41,809 nt of DNA. It comes from Catajapyx aquilonaris (taxonomy: Eukaryota). Of this stretch, positions 23,615-35,606 are shown one piece after another. Every line of letters starts with the position of its first letter. The first letter of the stretch is position 1. The notes under the pieces are model-generated. The model saw only the letters and a program-made list of their open reading frames with translations, made no database searches and was not told where the DNA came from. The translations under genes were made by a program, and so were the position numbers. The DNA lies in the NCBI GenBank assembly GCA_000934665.2, contig KZ538893.1:1-41809 (forward strand), in the 5' to 3' direction.

Positions 23615-23975
23615 CCCTCTTTCTATTATTATTATGTATTTGTTCTTTTTATCCCATTAGAGGGAGCTGAGCCCTTTTTAGGGGGGTGGATTACCACCGG
23701 TTGAATTTTCTCAGAATTTATCTGTTTTTTTTCAAACTCCGTTGCAGGGAAATCAATGACAATGGGTAATAATAGGGATTGTTGAGGAGGGAACGTATGT
23801 GCAAGTGTAATACCGATAAATGGGTCATGCGCTGTTCCCCAGGAGGTCAGGTTGCCGGACACCTCCAAGGTGCGGGTCCCGACGCAGGTGAAAGGGAACT
23901 CCCAGGCGGGAATCGAACCAGGGACCTTTCACTCAGCAAGCCGAGACGTTACCATCTCGGCCACCACACCTCCCC
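23615..23975 (-). mobile_element. tRNA-derived SINE, family B (diverged copy)
   Basis: Head matches the reverse complement of 7245-7320, and the body shares CAACCTGACCTCCTGGGG. It has a short (TAA) tail and a TSD CCAACCGTCCAC at 23603-23614 and 23974-23985. Confidence 0.85.
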
Positions 23976-24544
23976 AACCGTCCACTTTCAACAATGTTTT
24001 TCCCACTGGCGCCCACAATCTTAAGCACAAAATTCGACCAACCCGATTCAGAATCTCCCCAATGTCCCTCCACTTTCCATCCACCTCACTCCCCCCCCCC
24101 CCCCCTCCATCCCATTTCCAAATTCGCAAAGTTGTCTCCTGCAGGTTCGGACATTTTTCTACAGTGCTTACTTTGCGTCCTGCTTGTCATACGTTCAAAA
24201 TCAATAGGAATATAATATCCCTAAAAGGTTTTTGCCTCTTTACGTAGTGGGCCCCATCCAGAAGCCTGCCAATTTCCATCCACTTTGTTAGCTAACTTGA
24301 GAAATGAATTTACAAGACGCCGTTGTTGACAATCCATACCGAACACTCGAAAGTGTGAGAGCAAGATTCAATTTTCATTAAGTTGGTTTCCAACAGGCAA
24401 TTGATTATTCTGCAACGCTAGAGGACCCACGTCACTTCAATTAGCACCCTTCCTAATTTGCACAAGTTATCATAGCTACAGGCTGAATCCGCTTGACAAA
24501 GAAGCGCTTTTTTTCTTTTTCTTTTTTTTTTTGGGGGGGGGGGG

Positions 24545-24584
24545 NNNNNNNNNNNNNNNNNNNNNNNNNNNNNNNNNNNNNNNN
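24545..24584. other. Assembly gap (40 N) after a poly-G run
   Basis: Run of N. Confidence 0.99.
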
Positions 24585-24823
24585 GATCTTTTCACGATCC
24601 GTTATTTTCTTATCGTGCTGCTGGCATTACGGCTTAGCCGGCGCGACTTTCTCATCTGCATTCACCTATCGCAGACTAATTAAAACCGAGCGGGTAATGT
24701 CCATTCACATGGCTACAAAAAGAGGGGGGAGCCAGAGGAATATGTACAAGCTTGAAGAGTATGAAGGGAGGGAAAAGACTTGCGAAGTGATGCAGCAAAC
24801 TCTGTTCTCTTCGCATGGTAGAA

Positions 24824-24826
<3 letters not shown>

Positions 24827-24857
<31 letters not shown>
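24827..24857. repeat. (CT)n microsatellite
   Basis: Visible directly. Confidence 0.9.
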
Positions 24858-25582
24858 NGAGGAGGTTCTAGACTGTAAAATAGGTGGGATTATTTCTAGG
24901 AGTGGAAGTAAAAAAAATTTTTTGTAAGAGTTAAAATTTTGTTCGCCTGTATGCAGTAGTTTTTTTCCCAGCATTTCTCTCCAACATCTACAGCACTCTC
25001 TGACATCGGTGTCACGTGACTAGAGCCATGTCAGGGGCACTCCAGCCTCCGGGGCCTTCCAGCCCTGTTGAGACTTGTCAAATGCATACGGGACTTGGTG
25101 CTCGGACCCAGCAGGAAAAGAGGACGAGTAAATTACCAAGCTAAAAAGCCTCGCACTACTATGGTGTTCTCTAGGAAAATAAAGATCTGTTTTTTTTTAT
25201 ATAGACTGGAGCACACTTAGAAATTCTCTGTTTGGAACTATTCTTTTGAGGTCCAAATGTGTGTCGCATAAGGCTTCCATTATCAACCCGCAGTGTCAGT
25301 CTTTGTCTGGCATCAGTCCAACCATGCGTTCATTGAATTTGCATACACTGCATCAGAACTATGTATTCATATATCGACTGATAGTAGTGGGAAAATTTTG
25401 TGATTTTACCTTCACAATATTGAGTATTGAAGCTGATGTCCAATGTCTAAATTGGCCAATTGAGGTGTACACGGCGTGGGAGAAATTGTCACGGGGGCGA
25501 ATACGCCGGGGGCGAAAAGTCCAGGAGGCCCATTCAGTATCTGAAATTAAATGGTTAGAAGTTAATTACGTAGCAGGATGTA

Positions 25583-25720
25583 CTATGGGGCTCAAATGGT
25601 TTTGGCCTCTTTATCCTGGTCTTGAAGCAACCCTTCACACATACCTCCTCACCGTCGGGCCTGTTAGAAGGGTTACTTGAAGACCAGGATAAAGTGGCCA
25701 AATCAATTTGAGCCCCATAG
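25583..25720. mobile_element. Palindromic MITE family M, copy 2 (opposite orientation)
   Basis: CTATGGGGCTCAAAT...TTATCCTGGTCTTGAAGCAACCCTTC...AAGACCAGGATAAAGTGGCCAAATCAATTTGAGCCCCATAG, TA-flanked. Confidence 0.9.
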
Positions 25721-27245
25721 TACTCTCAATAGCAACAATGTCATGCAATTTTGCAAGCTGCAACAATATTGAAGCTTCTCATGAGGAATTAGCAACATAA
25801 AATATTGCCTCTGTTGGACTATTATTGCCTTAACAGTTACAGTATTGTAAATTCATACCCGACATGTTATTCTCTCCCAGCAGTCAGCTGATTTACAATC
25901 ATACACTGTATCACATGCCTCTGTATGCCTAAACTTCTACAACCTGTCTAAAATATTTAAAAATTAAAATTTATCTCAAGACACGGTCATCCAGTCGCGG
26001 ATTGGTTAATAGGCGACTCTTTAAGCAAGGTGAAGTGACTCTCTCCTGATGAGTCAGCACATTCGAGACCGAGCGGAATTGAAGTGGAGGAAGTGCAGGA
26101 CTTGGCAAACGAGCCAAATAATTTTCATATCTACACTCAAAGTCTTGATAATCTGTATTTTTACGAGGTTCTTCGCCAACTTTCAAGTTCTTTTTTTACT
26201 GCTCTTCATCAGTCCTTAATTAAACCTGGAGATATTTTTACAGATAACTTTTTTTACAGCATCATTTTGACATTTTGTGGCTGCCCGCTTTTGAAGCGTC
26301 GTAAATCACGTCGCCGCTTTTTCTTTTCACTCTAAAAAACACGCATCTAAGAAAGGTCCCGATTAAATGTCTCATGTTTACAACAGGATACAAAATGTCT
26401 CGCAGGACATATTTTAAGAATAATGGGCTTATAACTCACATTTAAGCATCGCACTCGAAAGTGTAAAAAAACCTAATGAGCAAAATCTACTCATCTCATG
26501 TAGTACACTTTACAATACCCGCCTAGAAATTAGCAACAATTGTCACTCGCGAGGAACAATTCAGCTCCTTGAGCATTGAGGCCAATTTATTTCAAGTTAG
26601 TGTAGGCTAATTTGATCTGTTCGCTTCCAGGCTCTTTCAAAAGGCAAAGGCAAGATCCCGGACTTTTTGGCTCTGTTTATTATCGCCTGGCGAGCAAAGT
26701 AAATTGAATGACACTTTTACTGTCGAAAGACGACTCCTCTGAGGATAGCCCGAAATTGATAGCCTCCAAAATAGACTTTCTGCCTCTCGGCTGTCCTTCG
26801 CGCTCAAAATTGCTGCTGAATTTTGATTTTAGCCGACTAAATAATGCATATCACAAGTGTTACGCCCTGCGCGATTACTCTCTATCTACCTGCACCCAAC
26901 ACTTCAAACGCGAAGCATCTGAGCATAATGACACAAATTGAAGCCATATACAGTACAACATGATTTTATCGAAACCAATATTTCCGCCTATGAAAGAGAC
27001 AATCTCTGGAACTACAAAAAAAAACCAAAGAATGTTTATTTATTTGTTTGCTCGTTTATTTGCCGGTTTATTACTGTTTATTAGGCCTACAACTATTTAA
27101 GGATTATTCTTTTTATTATTGTCATTATTTATTAGGCCTATACTGTTTATGAATGATTTTTGTTTGTTTATTACTCTTTATTGCAATTTATTAATTATTA
27201 AGTATTTGTTTATTATTTATTGTTGTTAACTCTCAATATGTAGGC

Positions 27246-28653
27246 CAGGGGTGGGCAAATTACGGCCCGCGAAGACAATTTGTGCGGCCCGCGCATAAAG
27301 GACCTGTTCAAGGTTACCCTGAGCAGCCCCCAGCCCACGGACACTACCCCTACGTTCTGGGCTTATCACCTGCCGAGGGGTTTTGCAGTGGGTGCTCACT
27401 TGAGAGCGCCATGAGACATTTCCCAGAGCATTTATGTGGCGCCCCTACCGAAGGCTGAACTTTATAGGTACGAAAGGGGAGGGCTACATTGGGGAGCCCA
27501 ACATGGCCGCCGGCGGCCATGTTGGGCCAGCATGTAGCGCTTCCCTTTCGTACCTATAAAATTCAGCCTAGTCCGGTAGGGGCGCCACATAAATGCTCTG
27601 GGAAATGTCTCATGGCGCTCTCAAGTGAGCACCCACTGCAAAACCCCTCGGCAGGGGGTGGGTGGGGAGTGACCTAACCTGAGTCTTCTATAACCATGGT
27701 AGCCCCGATACCTAAACGGCAACCACCTTGCGCATCTTGTAGTGTATAATCTATGCACCTAGGTTTACGCTAAAGGCCGCTGTGTTCGCCACTGACTGTA
27801 TCTTTGATGTGGTAGGGGTTGCTACCTAGCGGCCTTGGTAGGAATCAAAACATGTTGTCACGTGGTGAACTGTTTTTTATTAGTTGATTTAGAGGCAGGA
27901 AAACTTGTGTGGTTTTTCCCCCGTAAAAATGTTGTAAGAATATTCGTGTGAGACAAATGCCGCCTCAGGGAACCAATATGCGAAATGCAAGCCCCATCGC
28001 GATATCACGCGTTTGCCCAATCGCGTATCTCTCCCTCACTCCCTCTCCTCTCTCTCTCTCTCACTCTCCCCTAAAAGAGAGACAGGTGAGAGAGGGGCGG
28101 ACTCAAGATGGCGTTCGTTGGCAAAGCAAGGCTGAACTCTTTCTCCAAACTGATGAAGGTCACCCTTTAGAAGCATTCTTCCATTGAATGACATATATTA
28201 GAGTGGCTGGACAGCAACATTTTGATCCAACTCCTCTGCGTTGCCAAGTTTCAGTGATCTGCTCCAATCTAATGACACGAATCATTGAGCCATGTGGGTG
28301 GCCTTTCTTTGCCAGGATAACCTTGAGCAGGTCCTTTCGGTATTCTTGAAAATATTGAAAAATTAAAAGTTCGAAATTTTATGCCTGTGCCTTTCTTTTT
28401 AATGCGTTTAAATTCACAACAATATTGTTTTTTATTTATGCAGGCCATTTTCATTGATATACAGTATTTAGCTAATTTTATCGATTTTCATAGAATTTAA
28501 TTAGAATTTATGCAATTAATGGAAGTTCATATAAAACGATGGATATATCATTGTAAACTTTTTTATAAGTTGAAATTTCTTTTGTTAGATGCGGTCCGGC
28601 AATTTTTTTAAATCTCTATGTGGCCCAAGGAGAAAAATATTTGCCCACCCCTG
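27246..28653. mobile_element. hAT (Charlie-like) non-autonomous element
   Basis: TIRs CAGGGGTGGGCAAAT / ATTTGCCCACCCCTG, subterminal (T)GCGGCCC motifs at both ends, and partly matching 8-bp flanks ATGTAGGC / ATTGAAGC. Confidence 0.8.
27369..27655. repeat. 287-bp near-perfect palindrome (foldback element) inside the hAT element
   Basis: CCTGCCGAGGGGTTTTGCAGTGGGTGCTCACTTGAGAGCGCCATGAGACATTTCCCAGAGCATTTATGTGGCGCCCCTACCG pairs with 27574-27655. The centre GCCCAACATGGCCGCCGGCGGCCATGTTGGGC has no spacer. Confidence 0.95.
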
Positions 28654-29569
28654 ATTGAAGCAGCTTTCTGATATTAATGTCTGGGATGATTTTACCCTCT
28701 TTACTTACTGACCCCTTGAGGTGCACTACGTGCAAACTATAACTCGCTTATTTGTGCAAACATATTTTTTTCCAAGTGTTGCAATATTGTCAGAGTAATT
28801 CCGGCGAATAAAAAAGAGACATCGTTTCCTACATCTAGCATGACTTTGTACGCATGAAAACGAACAGATTTGTCTCTCCTCAAGTCAAGAGTGGCACTTC
28901 TTCTACTATTCTATTCAGCCTTCCACTTTATAAGACTGACGTGAAAAAAAAACCGTTATCATCTGACGTGCCTTGTTGAGAATGCAGTAAGCTCCCCCAC
29001 CACTCCCACCTTCTCAACCTGTGCCCCCTCCCCCTTCCCCTATACTCTTTCCACTATACCCCCTACCCATAAATTATCCAGGTTATGCTCAGGGGAAGAG
29101 CCTGCGACGCTAGCTCTCCTGCCAAGCCAGCTAACAGACAGGTAGACATGTCTTACTTGCAGAAAACGAAAAGTACAGAAAACACTTTGGCTACATGTGC
29201 CAGAACCAAGGCCGAATGGTTTTTCTGGAGCGTTACGACAGCGCCATCTGCTCTAATTATTCTCCTTCTTCTTTCATTCTTCCAGGCCTTCTTAGGGCTA
29301 AAGGGCAGGTGTCACACTAAGGGGTTGTTACATGTATAGAGCAGATAAATTATTGCTAGGCGTATTGTTTCATAATGTTTGCATTAATTAACGTCGCGTT
29401 TCTTTCCAGCATGTGACGTTTAATAATTGGGAGGCCATTAATCGCGTTATTCGATGTTGCTAGATTTGCATGTAATTGGGCCCGATTTTAATAATTTGGG
29501 CTTGCAGGTTGGCACAGTGTGAAGTGACAATTTCGAGCGGGTTGTGTGTGAAGAAAAAAAAAGTGCGAA

Positions 29570-29935
29570 TATGTCCAAAGGGCCAGCCGGTACAGTCCAG
29601 ATTAGAAACGCGAATGACCCAGACACAATATGGTGCAAATTCTGCGACTTACAGGGTGTCAGCTGTATGCCGGATTCGAAGGAAAATGTCAGAAAAATAA
29701 AGCACATCCAGAGCCAGAAATCTGAAGGGCCTGGTGTGCCAATAGAACGAAATAGAGACTGCTGAGAGGGGAAGAGGTGCGATTCAAAGGATTTGGATCC
29801 TTTTCTTCTGGACTCATGCAAACGTCTAGTGTCGCCAAGGGAAATCTTTTGGAGGAGGTTCCATCGATCAAATCGATACAGTTTGTCTACGAGACTTGTT
29901 TCTGATTGAACAGCGAGACGGTCACTTCTCTCTGG
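29570..29935 (+). pseudogene. Possible decayed hAT-type (CGGBP1-like zinc finger) transposase N-terminus
   Basis: DTIWCKFCD..VSC..DSKENVRKIKHIQSQK resembles the 'lfCkvC...vs...k..i.qHi.t.kH' finger. Downstream, DPFLLDSCKRLVS resembles 'F..DLc.alvs'. Stops are present. Confidence 0.4.
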
Positions 29936-32381
29936 GGAATTCTTTCATTGATGTTTTCTAGGCGCCAAGGCTGTGACTCACTGTCACCAAAACGATCAGA
30001 TAATTGCATCAAATAAGGTTGATGGTGCGATGCTGATTCAGTAGGGGAACACTTGCCAACAGGCTTCTAGCTTCTAGCTTCTAGGACTTGTGTGTATAGA
30101 GTTAGACAAATTTTCTGGTGCTTTCTAATTCATGCTGTTCTGTAGGTTATACAGGTCACTTCCGCAACTGAGGGTTGTAAATAAAATATTACATGCTGTA
30201 TTACGGACGTGTTTACAACACAACTGTTTTGCAATGTGCAAAATGTTTTTATGAGTTCTTGACGTCGTGCACTAGTTGCAATCTTCTCCATTCCTCCCCT
30301 GGTTTCGAAAACTTTAAAAGAACTGCACTACACCATGAGCCATTCATGTACTAAATCCTTCTATATACCCTGTTACTTTGGAAGTAATGTTACTCAACAA
30401 AATGAACCATGAAAAGTGCAACTTTTGTGCTTAGAGTGCAATGACACGTGCGTAGGCTACTTCTTGCAGGCATGGTAGTTGGGCAAGAAGTCCAAACAAA
30501 GTCCATTAAATGTGTCGCACTATGTATCTGAATCTATTGTTTCTAGCCCTTCTCGCAGACAATCCCAGCTGAAAAATGACATTTTTTTTTGCTCTTTTAC
30601 CAGCGTAGAAGTGAAATGGCAAAATCTGGCGAGGAAACAATGCCAGGCCTGTTTGATTTCAACAGTTTAATTAATCAAAACCTACTCTATAGGGTATGAT
30701 AACAGCGATGCAAGTTAATATTTAATTTCGAAAATAATTATTTTATAAAACTGCCATATCATTTGAGAGCGCTAGCTGCAAGTACCATAGTATATGAATA
30801 ATTATTGCATTTATTAGCATTAGCAATATGTACAGTATATTATAGCTCCAAATTGTAGCATTTCGAGGGTTCGTTGAATCGCTCTCTATGTGACATGCCC
30901 AATTAAACAAGTTCAGCATCAATCCTACCCGCCGATGATTATTATTGGTACCCACTGTATTTTGCATTAGTACCATACATTCATCATTCATGTCCATTAC
31001 CCCGCATTTAGACATTCTGTCCGACTATCCTTTTTGCACCCCTGCAGTGTTAATATTGTAAGAACATTCACCTCTAATCAAATCTTCATGACAGCGACTA
31101 ATAACACACCAAATAGCGAAATAACCATCCTGTCAAAATACATTGGCTCTCAGGATTTTTCCAACCGAGCTCACGGGTCCTGAAGGAATCCCTAACATCT
31201 ACGTCAAGCTCAAATTTGAACACTGAAAAGTAAGGAAATGGCTGAGCTCATTAGTCGTAAAGTGCCGCCATGTTTGGCTTCCAAATGCATCATTGTTCGC
31301 AGTACCTGTCTCGTCATCCTTAGCGCCAGCTAAAAAAAAAAAAAAAGCGAAGAAGTAAAAGGAGAGAAGCGAAAAAGGGTCGAGCGAGCGAGAACGCCGT
31401 TCTGCATTCAAGTCGAGAGTTATTTGGGAAGAAACTATGCAGCGTGAAAGTTGGTGGGTACACATCCGAGATCATGGGGAAATTGCCTTCATCCGTGCAG
31501 CAGAATGTCAGACGGTAACGAACAGAATCCTCTGCAATTTCCTGCCTTACGTCGGCCAATTCCTTTCAAAGACGCATGCCGCACTGCACGTCCTCAAATC
31601 CCACCGCAGCACTACCATTATTCCACTCACTCCCCAACAAACACAAGATCATGCCTACTCAATAAACAACACACACCTGTATTTTTTTGTTTTTTGTTTT
31701 TAAAGGAAGATTGAGCAGGGAACTGGTGATACGTTTGCTGTCCCATGCTGCCATTGTTGGAAATGCTACCCGCTCATCCACAACAATCACAGCAGTGTAA
31801 ATTCAGATAAGGTTGGTGAATCAGTTCTGCCATATGTGATCTTGGCAGATTAATTTTAAACACTTGAATATAATAATTTATTGCAATATATTACTCTCAG
31901 TTCTACAATAGTGTGCACAGTATAGATTAGACTAGGCAATAACTTGCCAAAATTAGGCAAAAAATTAGGCAAATTTGCGAAAGTGGAGAGAGAGAGAGAC
32001 ACACAGAGAGGAGGACCAGGCAGCGACATCCGACGGTGAAGTGCCGAAGTAAGACGGTGCAGAAGCGAGCCGCCACCCAGGAGGTGGCACCCCGCGCCTG
32101 GAACGGCGGAAATGGTAATTCCGTGGAAAGGTCGCGATCGTTTTTTAGGCGGTCGGCGTTATTTGCGTTTTATAAATTCCCTGGACACTATTTCCCAAAA
32201 AAACAACAAAAGTTTATTACAGATATAGAAAACGCGGACTAAATTTTGACAGAACTCCCAATGCTGTATGCCGTAAGGTGCGGGAGGAGTTGTGGGAACA
32301 GTCGGATATTAATAATATAGAAAATGTAGGGTCCCATAAAAGAATCAGAATATGTTACACTATATTAAATAAATGGTTCTT

Positions 32382-32545
32382 GGTATCATGGTGGCTTAGG
32401 GATTATGGCCACAACCTTCTACCTCTAAGGTCTGGAGGTTGAGCCCCGGGTCAGGATTTCCTAATGTGCAAAAGTTTCCGATGGATTCTCTTCATATTTG
32501 CGTGGATTTTCTCGGGGTTCTCCCGTTCCTCACACAATCAAAACT
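32382..32545 (+). mobile_element. Old SINE relic with a V-domain-like core
   Basis: Degenerate tRNA head (GTGGCTTAGGG...GGTTGAGCCCCGG), followed by GCGTGGATTTTCTCGGGGTTCTCCCGTTCCTCACACA, which resembles the V-SINE core GCGTGGGTTTTCTCCGGGTACTCCGGTTTCCTCCCACA. Confidence 0.45.
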
Positions 32546-32879
32546 CATCATCGATTAGATCGCTAAGATGTGAATTAATAAAATTGGGGATTTAAAAGAG
32601 GATTCCTTAAAGGCCATTGGTAATCATTATGAAATACGCGGTTCTTGTACGTTGAGGTCAATCAATTGTAAATATACCCCCATAACTCCATTGCGATAGA
32701 ATTGATTGTTATAAATAGCAAATGTTTGCTTTCATTAGTACAACTTCGGTGAGAAAGTGTTTAAAATACTGTACAGTATTATATTGATCCTTGTGATGAA
32801 ACACAGAGCGAACAAAGGGAAAGGCCGCCGCGCCGTTACAAGCACGTCAGCAAGATTGTTGTATCATTTTGTATCATAT

Positions 32880-33230
32880 AATAATAATTGATAATAATAA
32901 TTGATTGGGTATTCGGCTAGCCCCAGAGGGGCCTTCTGCCAGACCTTTATTTCGATGGTACAATTTTTGGGAATCCTATTTTTGAAGCGCCCGGGCCCAC
33001 GGGCAGGATGACAGGAGGGGATGTGCAAAGTGCAGTGAATCTGACGCTGTGGCCATTTTTAGTGAACTCCCCCGGGTGGTCTAGTCTGTAGGATATACCA
33101 CCCGAGACGAAGCCAGAGGTGACCCTGAACTCTGCACGAGATGAAGGGGGTGTCCCCGGGCTGGGATCGAACCCGGGACCTTAACATCCGTGGGCGCGCA
33201 CGTTACCGCGGCGCCACTCCGTCTCCCCTC
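32880..33230 (-). mobile_element. tRNA-derived SINE, family A (full length)
   Basis: Reverse-complement homologue of 714-895. It has an ATT-rich repeated tail at 32880-32905 and a TSD (TC)ATTTTGTATCATAT at 32864-32879 and 33229-33244. Confidence 0.9.
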
Positions 33231-35606
33231 ATTTTGTATCATATTCGCTACCGGTACACTCCACTGCTTAAGTATATTATAATATAATGGAAAAACGTGC
33301 TACATTATTTTGTATCGCTATTCCGGCTCAATTGGATCAACCCTTCAAGTACTGTACGGTACATAGGGCATGAAACCAAAGGATTTTTGGATACAACTTT
33401 AAAAATATAATCATATGCATGCCATAGTTTCAGAATATACACCTTCACACTGCCAGTTTTCCACAACTCTCGCGAGGATATAAACATTAGACCTTATCCT
33501 GTGTGCTTCGTAATGCTTCAACAGCTTCCAATAACTACCTGTAGCAGCCCGGGGGGAAAAAACATCCCCGAATATTTTGGCCTCCCGATTTTGCTTATTG
33601 AAAGTCATGCCGAGCCGGAGCGTATGGAACATTGCGGTCAAATGGCGACACTTTGAAGGGACGGTGGAGCAGATGCTCCGGATGAGAAAGTGATGGTTGC
33701 GCAGTGTCATCCGGGACATCTGTGCCATTTCATTCCGATTTCTCTCCACGTGAAAGGAGGAACCGCTCCAGCCTTCCGACTAATGTTACACACTTCAGCA
33801 TTCCGCGACGATTTCATCCCTTCCCTTTCACGCACACTGGAATTCATTTCATGCCAACCTTCGCTTCATTTGCAATTCTCAAGTTGATTAAACTCTATTC
33901 CCTCGGAGATGAATACGAATACAATCTTGCACAAAAATGACTCTGACATTGCCATTATACATTATAATTCGCTAAGTACAAGGGGGGAGGTAGAATCCAA
34001 GTTTTCCATTCGGACTGTACTAGAGGGTAGAGTTGGCAAAAATCGATGTTCAGTCAAAGTTCAATTTGGCGCACGGACTTCAGGAGCTGTCCAAATAGTA
34101 ATGATCATAGGCTTTCAGAATTCAGACATACATTATTCACTAGTTGTGCCGGTCTTCCGGCACTTTGGTAGACATTTTCGTAGGTATATGTGATTAGTTT
34201 TGCTTAACTTCTGCAATGGTTATGCAATGTCCAACAATGATACTGTAAAAGTCATAAAAAAGGCTGTTCCATGCTTCGTATTATCTTAAGTTAATTAAAA
34301 GGTTTTACTGCCAGTGGAAAAAATAACACTGGCTTTTAGATTTGTACAAATTACTTCAGTAAATACACACAACAATGCCAACTCTAAAAGCGAATGTGTC
34401 CCAAACAATTGGACAGACAGACTGCCAACTTGATGTAAGTTGAGAGGGTGCCAGAAGTGAGCAGTATCTAGGCACACCGTTTGTTTCTGTCGAGTTCTTT
34501 AGATACAATATGCAGATCCTTTTTTGTTATCTTGTGTATGCTAAGAATGTAGCGTGCGGTGATCAAATGTCCCTTTGATTTCAGTGCGGTACTGAAGATA
34601 GACATGGCAGTACCTCAGTGGTTCATGGTCGAAAAAAACTATTTGCAACCATATCATTTTCGCACATAAGTTATACCAATCACTGCCAGAAAAAAAATTA
34701 AGCACTGCAACTTTATCTTTTCAAATTTTTTTTGCATACTTTAGCATATTCAACAGTCTTTAAATTACTGACTCAAAATACATAACGTTATTTATTCTAG
34801 ATCGCGACGTGCTTTTAGGCAGCAAAAAATCTACTAGGAGGTTCTTTGTATGTAAAACTTTTCCGATTGATTCACCTGCTCTGGCTCACCTCACCCTGCC
34901 TTACAGGACAAACTGCTGGAGCCAGATACCCCATGAAATTTTATAAAGAAAAATGAGAGGCTTATTAGATGCCTGAGATACTCCCGAGACTTTATATGAA
35001 GAAGCTGACAAAATTATCATTGGATTCCGATACCGGATGGAACCCAATTCCAAGGATTAATAGCCTCATTTCCATGCCAAAATTTGCTCTCAAAATCGCA
35101 ATAGATTGTTAATATAAGGCTATCGACAACTCAGGCGCCAATTACAAGCATCTAAGGAATAAATGGATATTAATTTCACAAAAGTGGCAAAATCATGCTT
35201 TGTTGTTAGTCAACAGACACTCCCCTAATAACGACATAAGTTCATTCCGCCACTTGCAGCCGGAATTTCATTAGTTCTATCGGCCTCCTTCCACAGTTTG
35301 GAGTAAAGGTGACAAATGAAGTGCAAACAAGGTACTGTTAGAGCTCATTATTTTATTCCCACCATAATGGAAAGTGCAACCACTCTGCCTTAGGCCTACT
35401 AAGAGCAGCTTACGCATTTAATTACCGCACGCAAGGCCGGACAACGCTGGTGTAATAACAACACTGCATCACTTGACATGGCCTGAAGTTGCTCCTGTAA
35501 GTTATGCCGCATATGCTACAAAGGTGTGGTTACATAGCTGGTCAGGATGAAGAGTTGCAGTTTCAGCCTGACATGGGACAACATGCTATTCATTTGACAC
35601 AAAGTA

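Noticed and set aside
31320..31565. Exon-like minus-strand frame ELADVRQEIAEDSVRYRLTFCC
   Set aside because: Weak splice signals, no partner exons and no recognisable homology.
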